Notes: generated from the letters alone by a model not told the origin. A DNA stretch of 64,000 bases from an uncultured Gammaproteobacteria bacterium (GCA_964536615.1 CAZHYG010000002.1:45000-108999), one strand, 5' to 3'; positions 1-10,327 are shown, numbered from the stretch's first letter. Numbers and translations are program-made.

Positions 1-2
1 TA

Positions 3-545
3 GAAAAAATAAAAACAAACCAATTAATTTTAATTTCCACCATTGATGTTTATTCTCAAACTCAAGGAATTGATGAATCGTGTAAAATTGATATAGGCAT
101 GCTACAGCCATACGGCAAACACCGACGCCTCCTGGAGGAATTTGCTGAACAGAATTTTAACACTCTTATAATCAGACTGCCGGGCTTATTTGGCCCTGGT
201 TTGAAAAAAAACCCTCTCTTTGATTTAATGAATAATAATCTCACTTATATCCACCCTCAAAATTTACTTCAATTTTATAACCTAAATAATATCTGGAAAG
301 ACATTGAGATATCTTTACAACATAAACTGCCAATAGTTAATTTTGTTACCGAGCCCTTATTATTAGCCGAACTTGCCAAAAATGTCTTTGCCTTAGAACT
401 GCCAGCCCCATCTACCCCTCCTTCGCAAACCTATGATATTCATACTAAATATGGAAGCATATGGCAAAGCAAAAAACCATATCTTTATCTTAAAGATATG
501 GTTTTAGAAGATATAAAACAATTCATTAGCAGCACATCTCGTTAG
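3..545 (+). CDS. NAD-dependent epimerase/dehydratase-like (extended SDR), 5'-truncated by the window edge
   Basis: Frame is open from position 3 (EKIKTNQLILISTIDVY...YGKHR...IIRLPGLFG). IST..VY, YG and R...xG segments are typical of extended SDRs. Confidence 0.7.
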   Translation, partial: EKIKTNQLILISTIDVYSQTQGIDESCKIDIGMLQPYGKHRRLLEEFAEQNFNTLIIRLPGLFGPGLKKNPLFDLMNNNLTYIHPQNLLQFYNLNNIWKDIEISLQHKLPIVNFVTEPLLLAELAKNVFALELPAPSTPPSQTYDIHTKYGSIWQSKKPYLYLKDMVLEDIKQFISSTSR

Positions 546-546
546 A

Positions 547-1407
547 TCATTTTTTTTCCGCAATAACTTCCATAATATCAAATAGATTCAAACCGAAGTT
601 TACTTTATGTAAACCGAGTTTTTTTACTACACCATGCAAGAACTTTAAAATCTTAGAGCTGATGCTTTGCGGATTTTGTTTCCCCGCAAGCTGATTAAAC
701 ACAGAGTCTACATTGCGATAAATTGTAGTGTGGCCAAAATAAACGATTCTAAAACCGTGTTTTGCCAAAAGTTTCGTTATAGTTTTTTTATCAAAGTAAA
801 AAAGATGAGTTGGGGGATGCACCATGCGCCACTTATCTTTGCGAATTCTGGCTGCAACAGCACCTATATCCCCAGTTGTAAGCGCAATATGCCCTCCTTT
901 GTTTATTGAGGATGAGATTTTGCCTATAATCTGATCCGGGTTAGGTAAATGCTCTACCACATCCCAAAGACAAACCATATCTGCCTTTTCTCCCTCATAA
1001 TTCATAAAACTATCGCAATATACATCTAAACCGAGCTCTTTTTTTGCGTACTCTACACCTTCTTTTGTTATATCATACCCAACAATTTTTTTAGCTTTTT
1101 CTTTGCATAAATTTAAAAAAAATCCGTATGAACAACCTATTTCTAACAATATGGAGCTTGGCGAAAGATATGCTTCTAAGCGTTTTAGGCGATTTCTAAA
1201 ATTTTTTTCCAATGCGGGCCTATCTTGAAAATAATCAAAATACTCTTCACCAAAAAAATAATTTTCCTTATACGCCTGCTCTAACTCAGCCGCACTTGGA
1301 TTCATTTTAGCCCGCACCAAACCACAGATAACACATTCCATTAAACGGAGGCTGTAATCCTTCCATACCCGCTGCCCACACACATCACATTGTATTTCTA
1401 TATTCAT
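547..1407 (-). CDS. Class I SAM-dependent methyltransferase (glycan-cluster type, N-terminal Cys pairs)
   Basis: LLEIGCSYG motif I, WDVVEHL, PPTHLFYF; CxxC...CxxC at the N-terminus. Confidence 0.85.
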   Translation of the reverse strand: MNIEIQCDVCGQRVWKDYSLRLMECVICGLVRAKMNPSAAELEQAYKENYFFGEEYFDYFQDRPALEKNFRNRLKRLEAYLSPSSILLEIGCSYGFFLNLCKEKAKKIVGYDITKEGVEYAKKELGLDVYCDSFMNYEGEKADMVCLWDVVEHLPNPDQIIGKISSSINKGGHIALTTGDIGAVAARIRKDKWRMVHPPTHLFYFDKKTITKLLAKHGFRIVYFGHTTIYRNVDSVFNQLAGKQNPQSISSKILKFLHGVVKKLGLHKVNFGLNLFDIMEVIAEKK

Positions 1408-1428
1408 ATATAACTCAAGGAATATTTC

Positions 1429-2382
1429 TTACCGAGCGTTATCACCAAATCCATCGGTATAATTTACTATGTATAAAGGACGGCCTTTAACCTCGTAAAA
1501 CATCTTAAAAAGATATTCTCCAATAATGCCCAAAATAATCAGCTGTGCGCCACCAATAATTAATACAGCAATAATAAGAGATGTCCAACCGGCAATAAGA
1601 CGCTCCGGAAAATAAATATATTCCAATAAAATATAGCCCCCATATACAACGCCACTTAGCGTTACTAAAAGACCAAACCACCAAGCCAGCCTTAACGGAA
1701 ATGCCGAAAAAGAAGTAATTCCGGTTATGGCAAGCTTAAACATCTTATTAATACCATACTTGCTCACGCCGCTATTGCGCCTATCTGCTTCATATTGAAT
1801 ATAGGTTTTTTGAAATCCAACCCACTGAGCCAACCCTCGTAAAAACCTGTCTTTTTCCGGCATTTTTTTAAGCACATCTATTACTTTTCTATCATATAAA
1901 TTAAAATCGGCAACACTAGATCGAAATTCCACATTGCTTATTTTATTTAAAATAAAATAAAAAAGTCGGCTAAAAGTATTTTTAATTTTTCTACCGTCAT
2001 TATTAAACACTCGCTCGCCAAGCACTAGATCGTAGCCATTTTTATATTCTTGAAACATTTTTTTAATGAGCTCAGGCGGCTGTTGAAGATCAGCATCAAT
2101 TGTCACCACGGCTTTTCCAAGACTATAATCAAGCCCTGCATGCAAAGCTGCCTGATGACCAAAATTACGAGACAGGCAAATCAGCTTAATACGCCGATCG
2201 CGCTGCTGCAAATCATGAACTATCTGCGCAGTGCCATCAACACTCCCATCGTCAACAATAATAATTTCATAGTTAGGCACAAGAGAAGACAGCACTTCGG
2301 CCAACCGAGCAGTAAGCAACGGAATATTACCGGCTTCATTATACGCTGGGACAACTACCGACAAATCATATGTTTCTGGCAT
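1429..2382 (-). CDS. GT2 glycosyltransferase, GtrB/ArnC-like (polyprenyl-phosphate glycosyltransferase)
   Basis: SVVVPAYNE, IIVDDGSVDGT, SRNFGHQ, DADLQ, RFLRG and two C-terminal TM helices. Start placed at MPETY (2382), just after the upstream stop. Confidence 0.9.
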   Translation of the reverse strand: MPETYDLSVVVPAYNEAGNIPLLTARLAEVLSSLVPNYEIIIVDDGSVDGTAQIVHDLQQRDRRIKLICLSRNFGHQAALHAGLDYSLGKAVVTIDADLQQPPELIKKMFQEYKNGYDLVLGERVFNNDGRKIKNTFSRLFYFILNKISNVEFRSSVADFNLYDRKVIDVLKKMPEKDRFLRGLAQWVGFQKTYIQYEADRRNSGVSKYGINKMFKLAITGITSFSAFPLRLAWWFGLLVTLSGVVYGGYILLEYIYFPERLIAGWTSLIIAVLIIGGAQLIILGIIGEYLFKMFYEVKGRPLYIVNYTDGFGDNAR

Positions 2383-2383
2383 A

Positions 2384-4084
2384 TTATAAATGTTTATAAA
2401 TTTTAAAATACGCACTACTAAAAGACAGAGTAAAATTTTTATCAAGCGCGGGCTGTATCTGCTTCATAGCAAACGCATGCTCCTCACCTAAATCGGAGCC
2501 ATAAAACTTTGGCTCAAATATAATTACAATTTTACTGTTTTCTGCGCCGTCTAAAGTTGCCCCATACGCGCCGCCAGGCCTATAAAAAGAAACCAAAGGA
2601 AAACCGGCAGGAGGAATTTTGCCCAATAAATAATAAATTTCTGACGCTCGCGGGTATGCAGCTAAACTGCCTGCCTCCTGGCCAGCATCTAAGAACAACG
2701 AAAGATCCCGGAATTGAGCAGAAAAGCTTTTGTAATACGACATTGGCACCCACACATTTTCATTTTTTGTTTTACTCAGAAAATAATCTCTAGTTTTAAA
2801 ATCAAAATATAAAATAGTAAAATTACTAACAAACAAAAGCGCCACCAGCCCACCAGCCACAACATTGAACACGTTATTAAAAAATAAAAATTTACCATTC
2901 ATTTCCTGTTTAACGTTAAAAAGCCACAACACAAAGATCATGAAAAATACACTAAAATTCATCTGAAACACCAAAATGGACGAGGCAAAAAATATACCGA
3001 CCATACCTGTCCAAAGCAAAAAAACAGGTTCAATAGGTTCTTTATATCTAATCTTTTTTAAAAAAATATACACTATATATATTGCCATGTAAATTATAAA
3101 AAACAGGCCAAACAGAGAAAACACGGAAAACAGAAGACTCGATTTTTTCAAAAATACCTTATAAAACAGCCCTTCCGGCAACAGATCGGGCTCTTGCCCG
3201 AATTCTACAGCGGTATTTGACTGCTGTACCACATCTTTTGCGGGAGCAAACCGCTTGTAATACAGACTCCGAACGTTGGTAATTGAAGTGCGCCAAATTG
3301 TGCCGTAACCATAAGTGCCTGTGTACTGCTGATAGCCAGTAGCAAACGTTGATTCATACATTTTCTGCAAAGAAATCTTACCAAACATGACGAAACTGCC
3401 CAAAAATATAAACAGACACAAAAGTTGAGCGCTGACTAAAACAAATAATTTACGTATGCTTAGTTTGTTTTTATTCAATACATAGTCGGCAAACAGCACA
3501 AATAGACCTAATGCCATTGAAGCCATGCCGTATGTTTGCGTCACAAAAAAATTTGCAACCGAACATACCGCTACTACTCCTGCCCATATATAAATTTCTT
3601 TTTTTGAAACGGCCCTTATTAAGCCTATAAGGCAAAAAGCAACACAAGCAGAAAGTGTTACATCAAAGGAATGATGATTAAAACTAGGCAAAGTGGTAGT
3701 ATACACGCCAAAAAACAGCAGCAGGCTCAATACTTTCTCCCGAAATGAAAGCTTCAGAACATGCGCACTAGCAAAAACAATCAAAGAAGCTGCAAAAATG
3801 TTAAGTGCGCCTAAAATGTTCGCCGCATGGATTGGCAATTTAGCTAGCAACAAAAAACTCGCAACATACGAAGTTAGTGGCATGATATGCATATAGAAGT
3901 CAACATATGGAACGCGCCCGGATTTCACCATAGTTCCATAAGTTAATTCTACCGAACTATCCCCCATCTGCATTTTACCCCACGTAAAAAAACCTACACA
4001 CAAAGCGACAGTCACAATAAGCCCAAACAGCGCGTAATTTTGTTTTCTGTCCGAAAACTTAATCTTGAAATTACTAATATTCAT
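2384..4084 (-). CDS. Polytopic membrane protein, probable GT-C glycosyltransferase
   Basis: Many hydrophobic helices, a G.VPYVDFY...P segment in the first loop, a soluble C-terminal domain, and position next to a GtrB-like gene. Confidence 0.6.
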   Translation of the reverse strand: MNISNFKIKFSDRKQNYALFGLIVTVALCVGFFTWGKMQMGDSSVELTYGTMVKSGRVPYVDFYMHIMPLTSYVASFLLLAKLPIHAANILGALNIFAASLIVFASAHVLKLSFREKVLSLLLFFGVYTTTLPSFNHHSFDVTLSACVAFCLIGLIRAVSKKEIYIWAGVVAVCSVANFFVTQTYGMASMALGLFVLFADYVLNKNKLSIRKLFVLVSAQLLCLFIFLGSFVMFGKISLQKMYESTFATGYQQYTGTYGYGTIWRTSITNVRSLYYKRFAPAKDVVQQSNTAVEFGQEPDLLPEGLFYKVFLKKSSLLFSVFSLFGLFFIIYMAIYIVYIFLKKIRYKEPIEPVFLLWTGMVGIFFASSILVFQMNFSVFFMIFVLWLFNVKQEMNGKFLFFNNVFNVVAGGLVALLFVSNFTILYFDFKTRDYFLSKTKNENVWVPMSYYKSFSAQFRDLSLFLDAGQEAGSLAAYPRASEIYYLLGKIPPAGFPLVSFYRPGGAYGATLDGAENSKIVIIFEPKFYGSDLGEEHAFAMKQIQPALDKNFTLSFSSAYFKIYKHL

Positions 4085-4118
4085 AGCATGATTAAGTTTG
4101 TTTTAAACAAACAGTAAA

Positions 4119-6170
4119 TTATTTAACTGGGGATGTCTTAAAAATCTCAGCAATTACGCCTTGATCTTTCGGGCTAAATACAACGCCATTTTTAATGGCT
4201 TCATCAATTATTTCATGGGCCTTTTCTGTTTTACCGGTTAATTGATATAAGTAGGCAAGGCGCCAATATCCTTCTGTTACTTTTGGATCATCGGTGATAG
4301 TGCCCTCAATTAATTTTACTGCTTCGTCCATCTTTCCAATTTGCAAATTAAAATTAGCAATATTATATATAATTTGCTGACGTTTAGGAGAATACGATAA
4401 AGCGGTTTGCAGATATGTTCCGTAATCTCCGATATACTTAACATCGCCGGTTAACCCATAACCAGACTGGCTCAACTGGCTTAGAGTTAAGTAGTTTCTA
4501 ATATCATAGGGATGAAGCTCGATATTTGCCTTAAGCGCGTCAGAGGCGATTGAAAACATCTCCAAACTCTTTTCTTTACCAATCTTACTTGTATCGCCAG
4601 TTAACACCTGGGCAACTGTACGAGCTAAGTCACTGCGAATATCATCTATATGCGGCGAGTTAAACGCCAAAGCAGATTTCATTAAATCAATGCCCGCATC
4701 AGGCTGGTAGCTAAGATACTTAAGCGCTTCCAGTGTTTTCATGTTAGCTCGTGCCGGCTGTATATTAAACACAAAAATTAACAGGGCAAATACCAATCCT
4801 GTTGTAACCACACTACCCGTACTTACAACACTATCCGGACGAATTGTTGAGACAGTATTTTTAGTCCCTGATGCTACAGCTAACTCTTTTTTAATATACG
4901 CAAGAGATCCAGTCATTGCCAACCAAAACATAAAATAAAGATAGGAGGTTGGATTTTCAAAAACAGTGATACTCTGCACCAAATGAGCTACAAGAAAACC
5001 GACACTGATAATTGCAAGATTAAGATCTAAAACTTTTTTTCTACGAGCCAACACAACTACTCCAACACTAGCTACAAACACCAACAAGTATGTAACCAAA
5101 CCTACAAGGCCCTGAACCGCCAATGTGTTAACTAAAATATTATGCGCATTATCAAACCAAGTTTCACCATAACCAAAACGCAATGATTTAGATTGGTAAT
5201 ATTTATTGAAGGCGTAGAAAAAATTGTTTGGACCCCACCCAAACACAGGCTTCTCTTTCCAACTCTCAACAGCTGATTCCCACGCCAACCAGCGCGGACT
5301 ATTTTTTATAGTTTCAAGCGAAGTTTCAAATACACGATTGACCGCCGGAATTTTTTGAACAAGCTCACTATTTCTAAACACATACAACAAAGCTATAAGA
5401 GCAAAACCCAGCACGGCAATAGCAACTAAAATTTTTCTGGTTTTTGGAAAATCACGTAAAAATATAATATACCCAAACAGCATAACCGCAGACCCGGCCA
5501 CAAGACCCAACATAGAACCGCGGGTGCCGCTAAAAATAAGAGCTGCAAAAGCGAGCAATCCTACACAAACCGATGCCCACTTCCAAATTTTATTTTCTTC
5601 TTTAAGAAAAAGTAAAAATGACACAAAGATCAAAAACATACCATATCCTCCCACATAAATAGCATTTCCAAGTGTAGCAATAATACGAGGGGATCCCTGA
5701 TTTAACAATAAATTAGGATTAAATATCTGCAAAATCCCCACTAACATAACTAATGAACCGGCGATCAAAAAAACACGCAGGGCTTTTTTCCAGTCATCCC
5801 ATGTCTTAAACAAAGAAGTGGCAATAAAATAATAAGCAATATAGTGAAAAATAGTAAACAACCCTAACATTCTTTCGTGATTGTCCCAAAAACTGTGATA
5901 CCAATCTACACCGGCAAAAGTTGAAATAGCAAAGCTTAGAAAAAATCCTGCCACCGCTACATTCAACCAAGAAAATTTTGGTCTAAATTCAGACCAATTT
6001 ATTATTAACAGCAGAACATAGGCGCCGATCATTAGCTCAACCAAAGATCGGAATACTAGAATTTTTGGCACGATAAACGGAAAGATAAACGAGGTTGGAA
6101 AAACAAGCAACGGCACAAAAAAAGTAAGATATACCAACACCTTTAACATACTAACGATTCGTTGTTTCAT
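4119..6170 (-). CDS. O-antigen ligase (Wzy_C) family protein with C-terminal TPR region
   Basis: TLGNAIY, SGTRG, R...W...KPVFGWG.NNF, FDNAHN, then TPR-like helices. Start uncertain (6170 or 6209). Confidence 0.85.
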   Translation of the reverse strand: MKQRIVSMLKVLVYLTFFVPLLVFPTSFIFPFIVPKILVFRSLVELMIGAYVLLLIINWSEFRPKFSWLNVAVAGFFLSFAISTFAGVDWYHSFWDNHERMLGLFTIFHYIAYYFIATSLFKTWDDWKKALRVFLIAGSLVMLVGILQIFNPNLLLNQGSPRIIATLGNAIYVGGYGMFLIFVSFLLFLKEENKIWKWASVCVGLLAFAALIFSGTRGSMLGLVAGSAVMLFGYIIFLRDFPKTRKILVAIAVLGFALIALLYVFRNSELVQKIPAVNRVFETSLETIKNSPRWLAWESAVESWKEKPVFGWGPNNFFYAFNKYYQSKSLRFGYGETWFDNAHNILVNTLAVQGLVGLVTYLLVFVASVGVVVLARRKKVLDLNLAIISVGFLVAHLVQSITVFENPTSYLYFMFWLAMTGSLAYIKKELAVASGTKNTVSTIRPDSVVSTGSVVTTGLVFALLIFVFNIQPARANMKTLEALKYLSYQPDAGIDLMKSALAFNSPHIDDIRSDLARTVAQVLTGDTSKIGKEKSLEMFSIASDALKANIELHPYDIRNYLTLSQLSQSGYGLTGDVKYIGDYGTYLQTALSYSPKRQQIIYNIANFNLQIGKMDEAVKLIEGTITDDPKVTEGYWRLAYLYQLTGKTEKAHEIIDEAIKNGVVFSPKDQGVIAEIFKTSPVK

Positions 6171-6242
6171 ACAGAGAGTTTTAAAAAAATATAAAATTTT
6201 TCCGGTCATTAACCGGCTAATTTAGCTTGCAACTTTTCAGAT

Positions 6243-6271
6243 ATTCTATCCTGCTCAGGCTTTTGTGTCAA
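6243..6271 (-). promoter_or_regulatory. Sigma70-type promoter for the glycosylation cluster
   Basis: Minus strand TTGACA-N17-TAGAAT. Confidence 0.6.
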
Positions 6272-6291
6272 CAAAAGCGGCTTACCTTGAG

Positions 6292-6320
6292 TTGACCCCT
6301 CCCCTATTATCTGCTATAAT
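6292..6320 (+). promoter_or_regulatory. Sigma70-type promoter for ABC-F gene
   Basis: TTGACC-N17-TATAAT with extended TG. Confidence 0.65.
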
Positions 6321-6341
6321 AAGCCATCTATTTATGCATAT

Positions 6342-7802
6342 ATGGCACAAGAAAACGTTATTATAAGTTTTGACAACGTATCTTTTTCTTACAATTCCCA
6401 CAAGCCGATTCTTGAAGAGGCTAATTTTTCGGTACGCAAAAACTCTAAGATCACCATCATGGGACAAAACGGAGCCGGAAAAAGCACTATTTTTAAACTC
6501 ATAACTGGCGATTTAAAACCAGAGGTGGGCCAGGTAAATATCAGCCTCGGCGCTTCCATAGCCATCGCTACCCAGGTCATGAAGCCAGAAAATTTGGAAA
6601 AAACTATAGAAGAATTTTTTGGTCAGTTATTCCAGAAAAAAGTATACGATCTGCCAAAACGAATCGCCGACATTTTGGACGTTGTTCACCTAAACGCCCC
6701 TTTAGATAAAAAAATAAAACAATTTTCCGGAGGCCAGCAGGCGCGCTTACTTCTTGCTTACGCGCTTATTCAGCAGCCTGATATTTTGCTGTTAGATGAA
6801 CCAACTAACAATCTTGATACCGCGGGTATAGAGCACCTCACTCAATTCTTAATCTCCTACCAAAAAACATGCCTGGTTATTTCTCATGATGCGAACTTTT
6901 TAAACGCATTTACTGACGGCGTGTTGTATCTTGATTCATACACTCAAAAAATAGAACAATACGTTGGCGACTATTACAACGTGCTTGGTGAAATTGAAGC
7001 CAGAATTGAACGCGAACGCATGAAAAACGCACAGCTCCGCAAAAGCATTCAAGACCGCAAAGATAAAATAAACTTTTTCGCCAACAAAGGCGGCAAGATG
7101 AGAAAATTAGCCAGCAAACTGCGCGACCAGGTGGAAGACGCGGAAGAAAACATGGTTGACGAACGCCAAGAAGACAAAACTATCAATGAATTTACCATAC
7201 CTTCTCAAACCGAGATTATCGGACCAATGGTAGAAATTAAATCGGTTGGGGTTATGATAAATAATGAACCTGTTCGCAAAACATTGCTCCCACCTGTTTC
7301 TTTGCGCAAAAAACAACGTCTGCTTTTAAAAGGACCAAACGGCATAGGCAAAAGCACCTTGCTATACGCGCTCGCTCATGGAACTGAAGAAGGCGCGACT
7401 ATTTCTCCCGACATCCGAGTCGGTTATTACCGACAGGATTTTTCCGGGCTTGATTTTGAAAAAACCGCCTACCAGGCTTTGGAAGAAATGATGCCTAACC
7501 CATGGAACCAAGAAATATTCGCTACCGCCGCTCAATTTCTTTTGCCGGCACAGCTGCTCAAAAATAAAGTTGGATCACTATCTGAAGGTCAAAAAGGGCT
7601 CTTATGCTACGCGCGTTTTGTGCTGCAAAAACCAGGATTGTTAATTATGGATGAACCGACCAACCATATCAATTTCCGACACCTGCCAATTATCGCCAAA
7701 GCGCTGGATGAATTTGAAGGCGCTATTATATTGGTAAGCCACGTACCAGAATTTGTAGAACAGATTACAATTGACCAAGTGCTTGATCTGGAAAACCTAT
7801 AA
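6342..7802 (+). CDS. ABC-F family ATPase (ribosome-associated)
   Basis: Two ABC domains (GQNGAGKST/FSGGQ/LLDEPTNNLD and GPNGIGKST/LSEGQ/MDEPTNH), a helical linker and no TM segments. Confidence 0.9.
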   Translation: MAQENVIISFDNVSFSYNSHKPILEEANFSVRKNSKITIMGQNGAGKSTIFKLITGDLKPEVGQVNISLGASIAIATQVMKPENLEKTIEEFFGQLFQKKVYDLPKRIADILDVVHLNAPLDKKIKQFSGGQQARLLLAYALIQQPDILLLDEPTNNLDTAGIEHLTQFLISYQKTCLVISHDANFLNAFTDGVLYLDSYTQKIEQYVGDYYNVLGEIEARIERERMKNAQLRKSIQDRKDKINFFANKGGKMRKLASKLRDQVEDAEENMVDERQEDKTINEFTIPSQTEIIGPMVEIKSVGVMINNEPVRKTLLPPVSLRKKQRLLLKGPNGIGKSTLLYALAHGTEEGATISPDIRVGYYRQDFSGLDFEKTAYQALEEMMPNPWNQEIFATAAQFLLPAQLLKNKVGSLSEGQKGLLCYARFVLQKPGLLIMDEPTNHINFRHLPIIAKALDEFEGAIILVSHVPEFVEQITIDQVLDLENL

Positions 7803-7807
7803 TCAGA

Positions 7808-7835
7808 TTGACTTTATACGATTTTTTGATACACT
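7808..7835 (+). promoter_or_regulatory. Promoter of the tRNA-Ser pair
   Basis: TTGACT-N16-TACACT with TG extension, 18 nt before the first tRNA. Confidence 0.55.
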
Positions 7836-7853
7836 GTTTTTACCAAACATGTT

Positions 7854-7943
7854 GGAGAGATGGCTGAGCGGTCGATAGCAACGGTTTACTAAACCGTAGT
7901 CCACGCAAGTGGACCCTGGGTTCGAATCCCAGTCTCTCCGCCA
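7854..7943 (+). tRNA. tRNA-Ser, anticodon ACT
   Basis: Acceptor GGAGAGA/TCTCTCC, G73, encoded CCA, long variable arm, T-loop TTCGAAT. Anticodon stem ACGGT/ACCGT with loop TT-ACT-AA (7888-7890). Confidence 0.9.
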
Positions 7944-7952
7944 AACACACCT

Positions 7953-8040
<88 letters not shown>

Positions 8041-8085
8041 AATTGAAAATCGGAATGGGATGAGAAGTTTACACCCCAAAGGGGT

Positions 8086-8103
8086 GAATCCCTCCCTCTC
8101 CGC
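8086..8103 (+). repeat. 18-bp direct repeat of the tRNA-Ser(GCT) 3' end
   Basis: GAATCCCTCCCTCTCCGC at 8021-8038 and again at 8086-8103. Confidence 0.85.
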
Positions 8104-8108
8104 ATTAT

Positions 8109-8140
8109 AAAAACACACGCCTAATAAAGCGTGTGTTTTT
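8109..8140. terminator. Bidirectional intrinsic terminator
   Basis: AAAAACACACGC-loop-GCGTGTGTTTTT between convergent units. Confidence 0.75.
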
Positions 8141-8190
8141 GCGATGATCAAGAGGAAGAAAATATGAAGTGAAAATTTGTATTAAAAAAT

Positions 8191-9243
8191 TTAAGACCTA
8201 AGCTCCGGAAACATGAGATAGACAAATTCTTTGGTTACCTCTCGAGATTTGCCCTGCATCGGCAGATCATGCATCGCAAACTCAGGCGCGGAATTCATTT
8301 CTATAATTGTATATGTTTCTACAGATTGTGGCTGAGAAAGATCTTTGCACATAAAGTCAATCCCCGACCAACTTAGACCCGGAATTGCTCGAACTGCATC
8401 AATTGCAATTTGCTTAACAGAAGGGTGCGCATTATCAGTTCTATCAACAGCAACACCACCAGCCATAATATTTGAAACTTTTTGCAAACGCACTAACTGA
8501 TCCTTTTTTGGAACAGATTTTTCGGTTAAATCCTGATCTTTAAGCAAGGCAACCGAATTATGATCTAACATAATATGAGGGTACAAATGCTGCGAGATAT
8601 TTCTCAACGGCTTTGTATTTTCAACCTCAATCAACTCACTAACTGTATGAACACCGTCACCGATAATATGGGCCGGGATTCGCTCCATAATGGCAAGCAC
8701 TTTTTCTTGGGTGGCCATAATACGATATTCGTGCCCAACAAACATTTCCTCCAAAATAAGGAGGCCTGGATATAATGGATTTTTAAAATATAATCGAATT
8801 TTTTCTAGACATTCATTAAAATCAAAGAGTTCCATTTCAACACCTTTTCCATGCGATCCTTTTGCAGGCTTAAGAACTAGCGGTTTTTGCAGCGAATCCC
8901 ATATTGATTTAATTCGATCATCGGAATCTGATTGATATATAGTATATCCAGGCATCACAGATAAACCTGATCTTTTAAGCATTACTTTGCATAACTGCTT
9001 ATCGTAGCAAGACTCCACGCCAGTAAAATTAGTAGTACTTGGAATTCTTTCTCTAAAAGTTAGGATTTTATTTTTATATTGCAATTGCACAACGTCGGTA
9101 TCAGGTATCACAAAAGCACTAACACCCATCTTTTGGGCCTCTTCAATAATCATTTGAGTGGACAAAAATGGATCAATTTCCTCTTCTTGCACTTCTCCTT
9201 CGGGTAAAGACCGCACGAAATATAACGGTTTAGATAGCGACAT
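8191..9243 (-). CDS. ATP-grasp ligase resembling the cyanophycin synthetase / GshF ATP-grasp domain
   Basis: DK..CK..L, PLVLKP..GSHGKGV, EYRI, R.PA.I.GDG.HT..ELI...N, SNIMAGG..VD.TD, GID, IIEMNSAP. Confidence 0.8.
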   Translation of the reverse strand: MSLSKPLYFVRSLPEGEVQEEEIDPFLSTQMIIEEAQKMGVSAFVIPDTDVVQLQYKNKILTFRERIPSTTNFTGVESCYDKQLCKVMLKRSGLSVMPGYTIYQSDSDDRIKSIWDSLQKPLVLKPAKGSHGKGVEMELFDFNECLEKIRLYFKNPLYPGLLILEEMFVGHEYRIMATQEKVLAIMERIPAHIIGDGVHTVSELIEVENTKPLRNISQHLYPHIMLDHNSVALLKDQDLTEKSVPKKDQLVRLQKVSNIMAGGVAVDRTDNAHPSVKQIAIDAVRAIPGLSWSGIDFMCKDLSQPQSVETYTIIEMNSAPEFAMHDLPMQGKSREVTKEFVYLMFPELRS

Positions 9244-9285
9244 ATACTATAAGAATATCCTTAACAAAAAAATAAAAATTAAACT

Positions 9286-10224
9286 CTAAGATAACGCACC
9301 GACAAGCATCTCCGCCATAGCATCCATATACCTGCGAGCATCATCCGATAAAGAAGGCACGCAAACTGCTGGGCGCGAATTTAGCTCAACAAGTTTAAAA
9401 CCTTGATCTGAATTAACAAAATCTGAAGCAAAAATACTTGGACGATACTGCGCTAACTGGAGATTAATTTGCTGAACCATAGCAAGCAATGCAGGGGGTA
9501 TTTGTTCTAGCCGAACCTGAACTTCGCTGCCTCCCTGCGAGACATTTGCCAAAAAAGAACCCGGTTTAGGCACTCGCACCAACATAAAAACCGGATTACC
9601 GTTGATAGTAATAACCCGAATGTCATGCAAACCATCTACAATACCCGGGATACCGACAGAGTTATCTATAAATTCCTGCAGCAAAACATCATTCCAATTA
9701 TCGTATAAGGATTCACTGATTTCGGATACTGGTCGTATATATATGCCTCGCCCGCCGGATAAAAAGTTTTTCTTTACAACAATTTTATCTGCTTGTTTTA
9801 ATTCCCATCCATTAACTACCTGTTCGTATTCTTTATATGAGTGGATGGCGGCGGTTTTAGGTGAAAAGTCTGGAAAAAGCTCAGCGGTAGCGACTTTATC
9901 AACGCAAATCTGATCTAAGTCAGGATGATTAATAATAGCACAATCGTAAATTGCAGGAATTGTATTCTTATCATCACGATTAAATATTAAATCTACGGCG
10001 ATTGGTTCATCTATCGCCACCATAACCCCATCTCGTATCTGCCAACCATTAGAAAACACTCCTTTTCCTACATAAGAATTACCGCGCACTATGTATACAG
10101 CAATATTATGCTGCTCGATATTTTTAACAAGACCTTGATACACTTCCCAGTAAGGATATACGGGAGAATTAAACGGATACCCCATTGGCTCCGGATCGGA
10201 AAAATAAATTGCTAATTTTTTCAT
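9286..10224 (-). CDS. ATP-grasp ligase, RimK/GshB-like
   Basis: DK, SGGRGI, LLQEFID, HDIRV, ANVSQGG, SDF, VELNSRP. Confidence 0.8.
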   Translation of the reverse strand: MKKLAIYFSDPEPMGYPFNSPVYPYWEVYQGLVKNIEQHNIAVYIVRGNSYVGKGVFSNGWQIRDGVMVAIDEPIAVDLIFNRDDKNTIPAIYDCAIINHPDLDQICVDKVATAELFPDFSPKTAAIHSYKEYEQVVNGWELKQADKIVVKKNFLSGGRGIYIRPVSEISESLYDNWNDVLLQEFIDNSVGIPGIVDGLHDIRVITINGNPVFMLVRVPKPGSFLANVSQGGSEVQVRLEQIPPALLAMVQQINLQLAQYRPSIFASDFVNSDQGFKLVELNSRPAVCVPSLSDDARRYMDAMAEMLVGALS

Positions 10225-10327
10225 AGTACCTATAACAATAACTCTAACTCCTCAACCTGTCAATTATATTATTGTCTGAAAAAACACCCTGTGATATAGT
10301 AGATTTCTAATCCAAGCTATTCATTTT

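Noticed and set aside
7854-7943. AGA/AGG reassignment to Ser by the ACT tRNA
   Set aside because: AGA encodes a conserved Arg in sufB (VTKR, 17093-17095).
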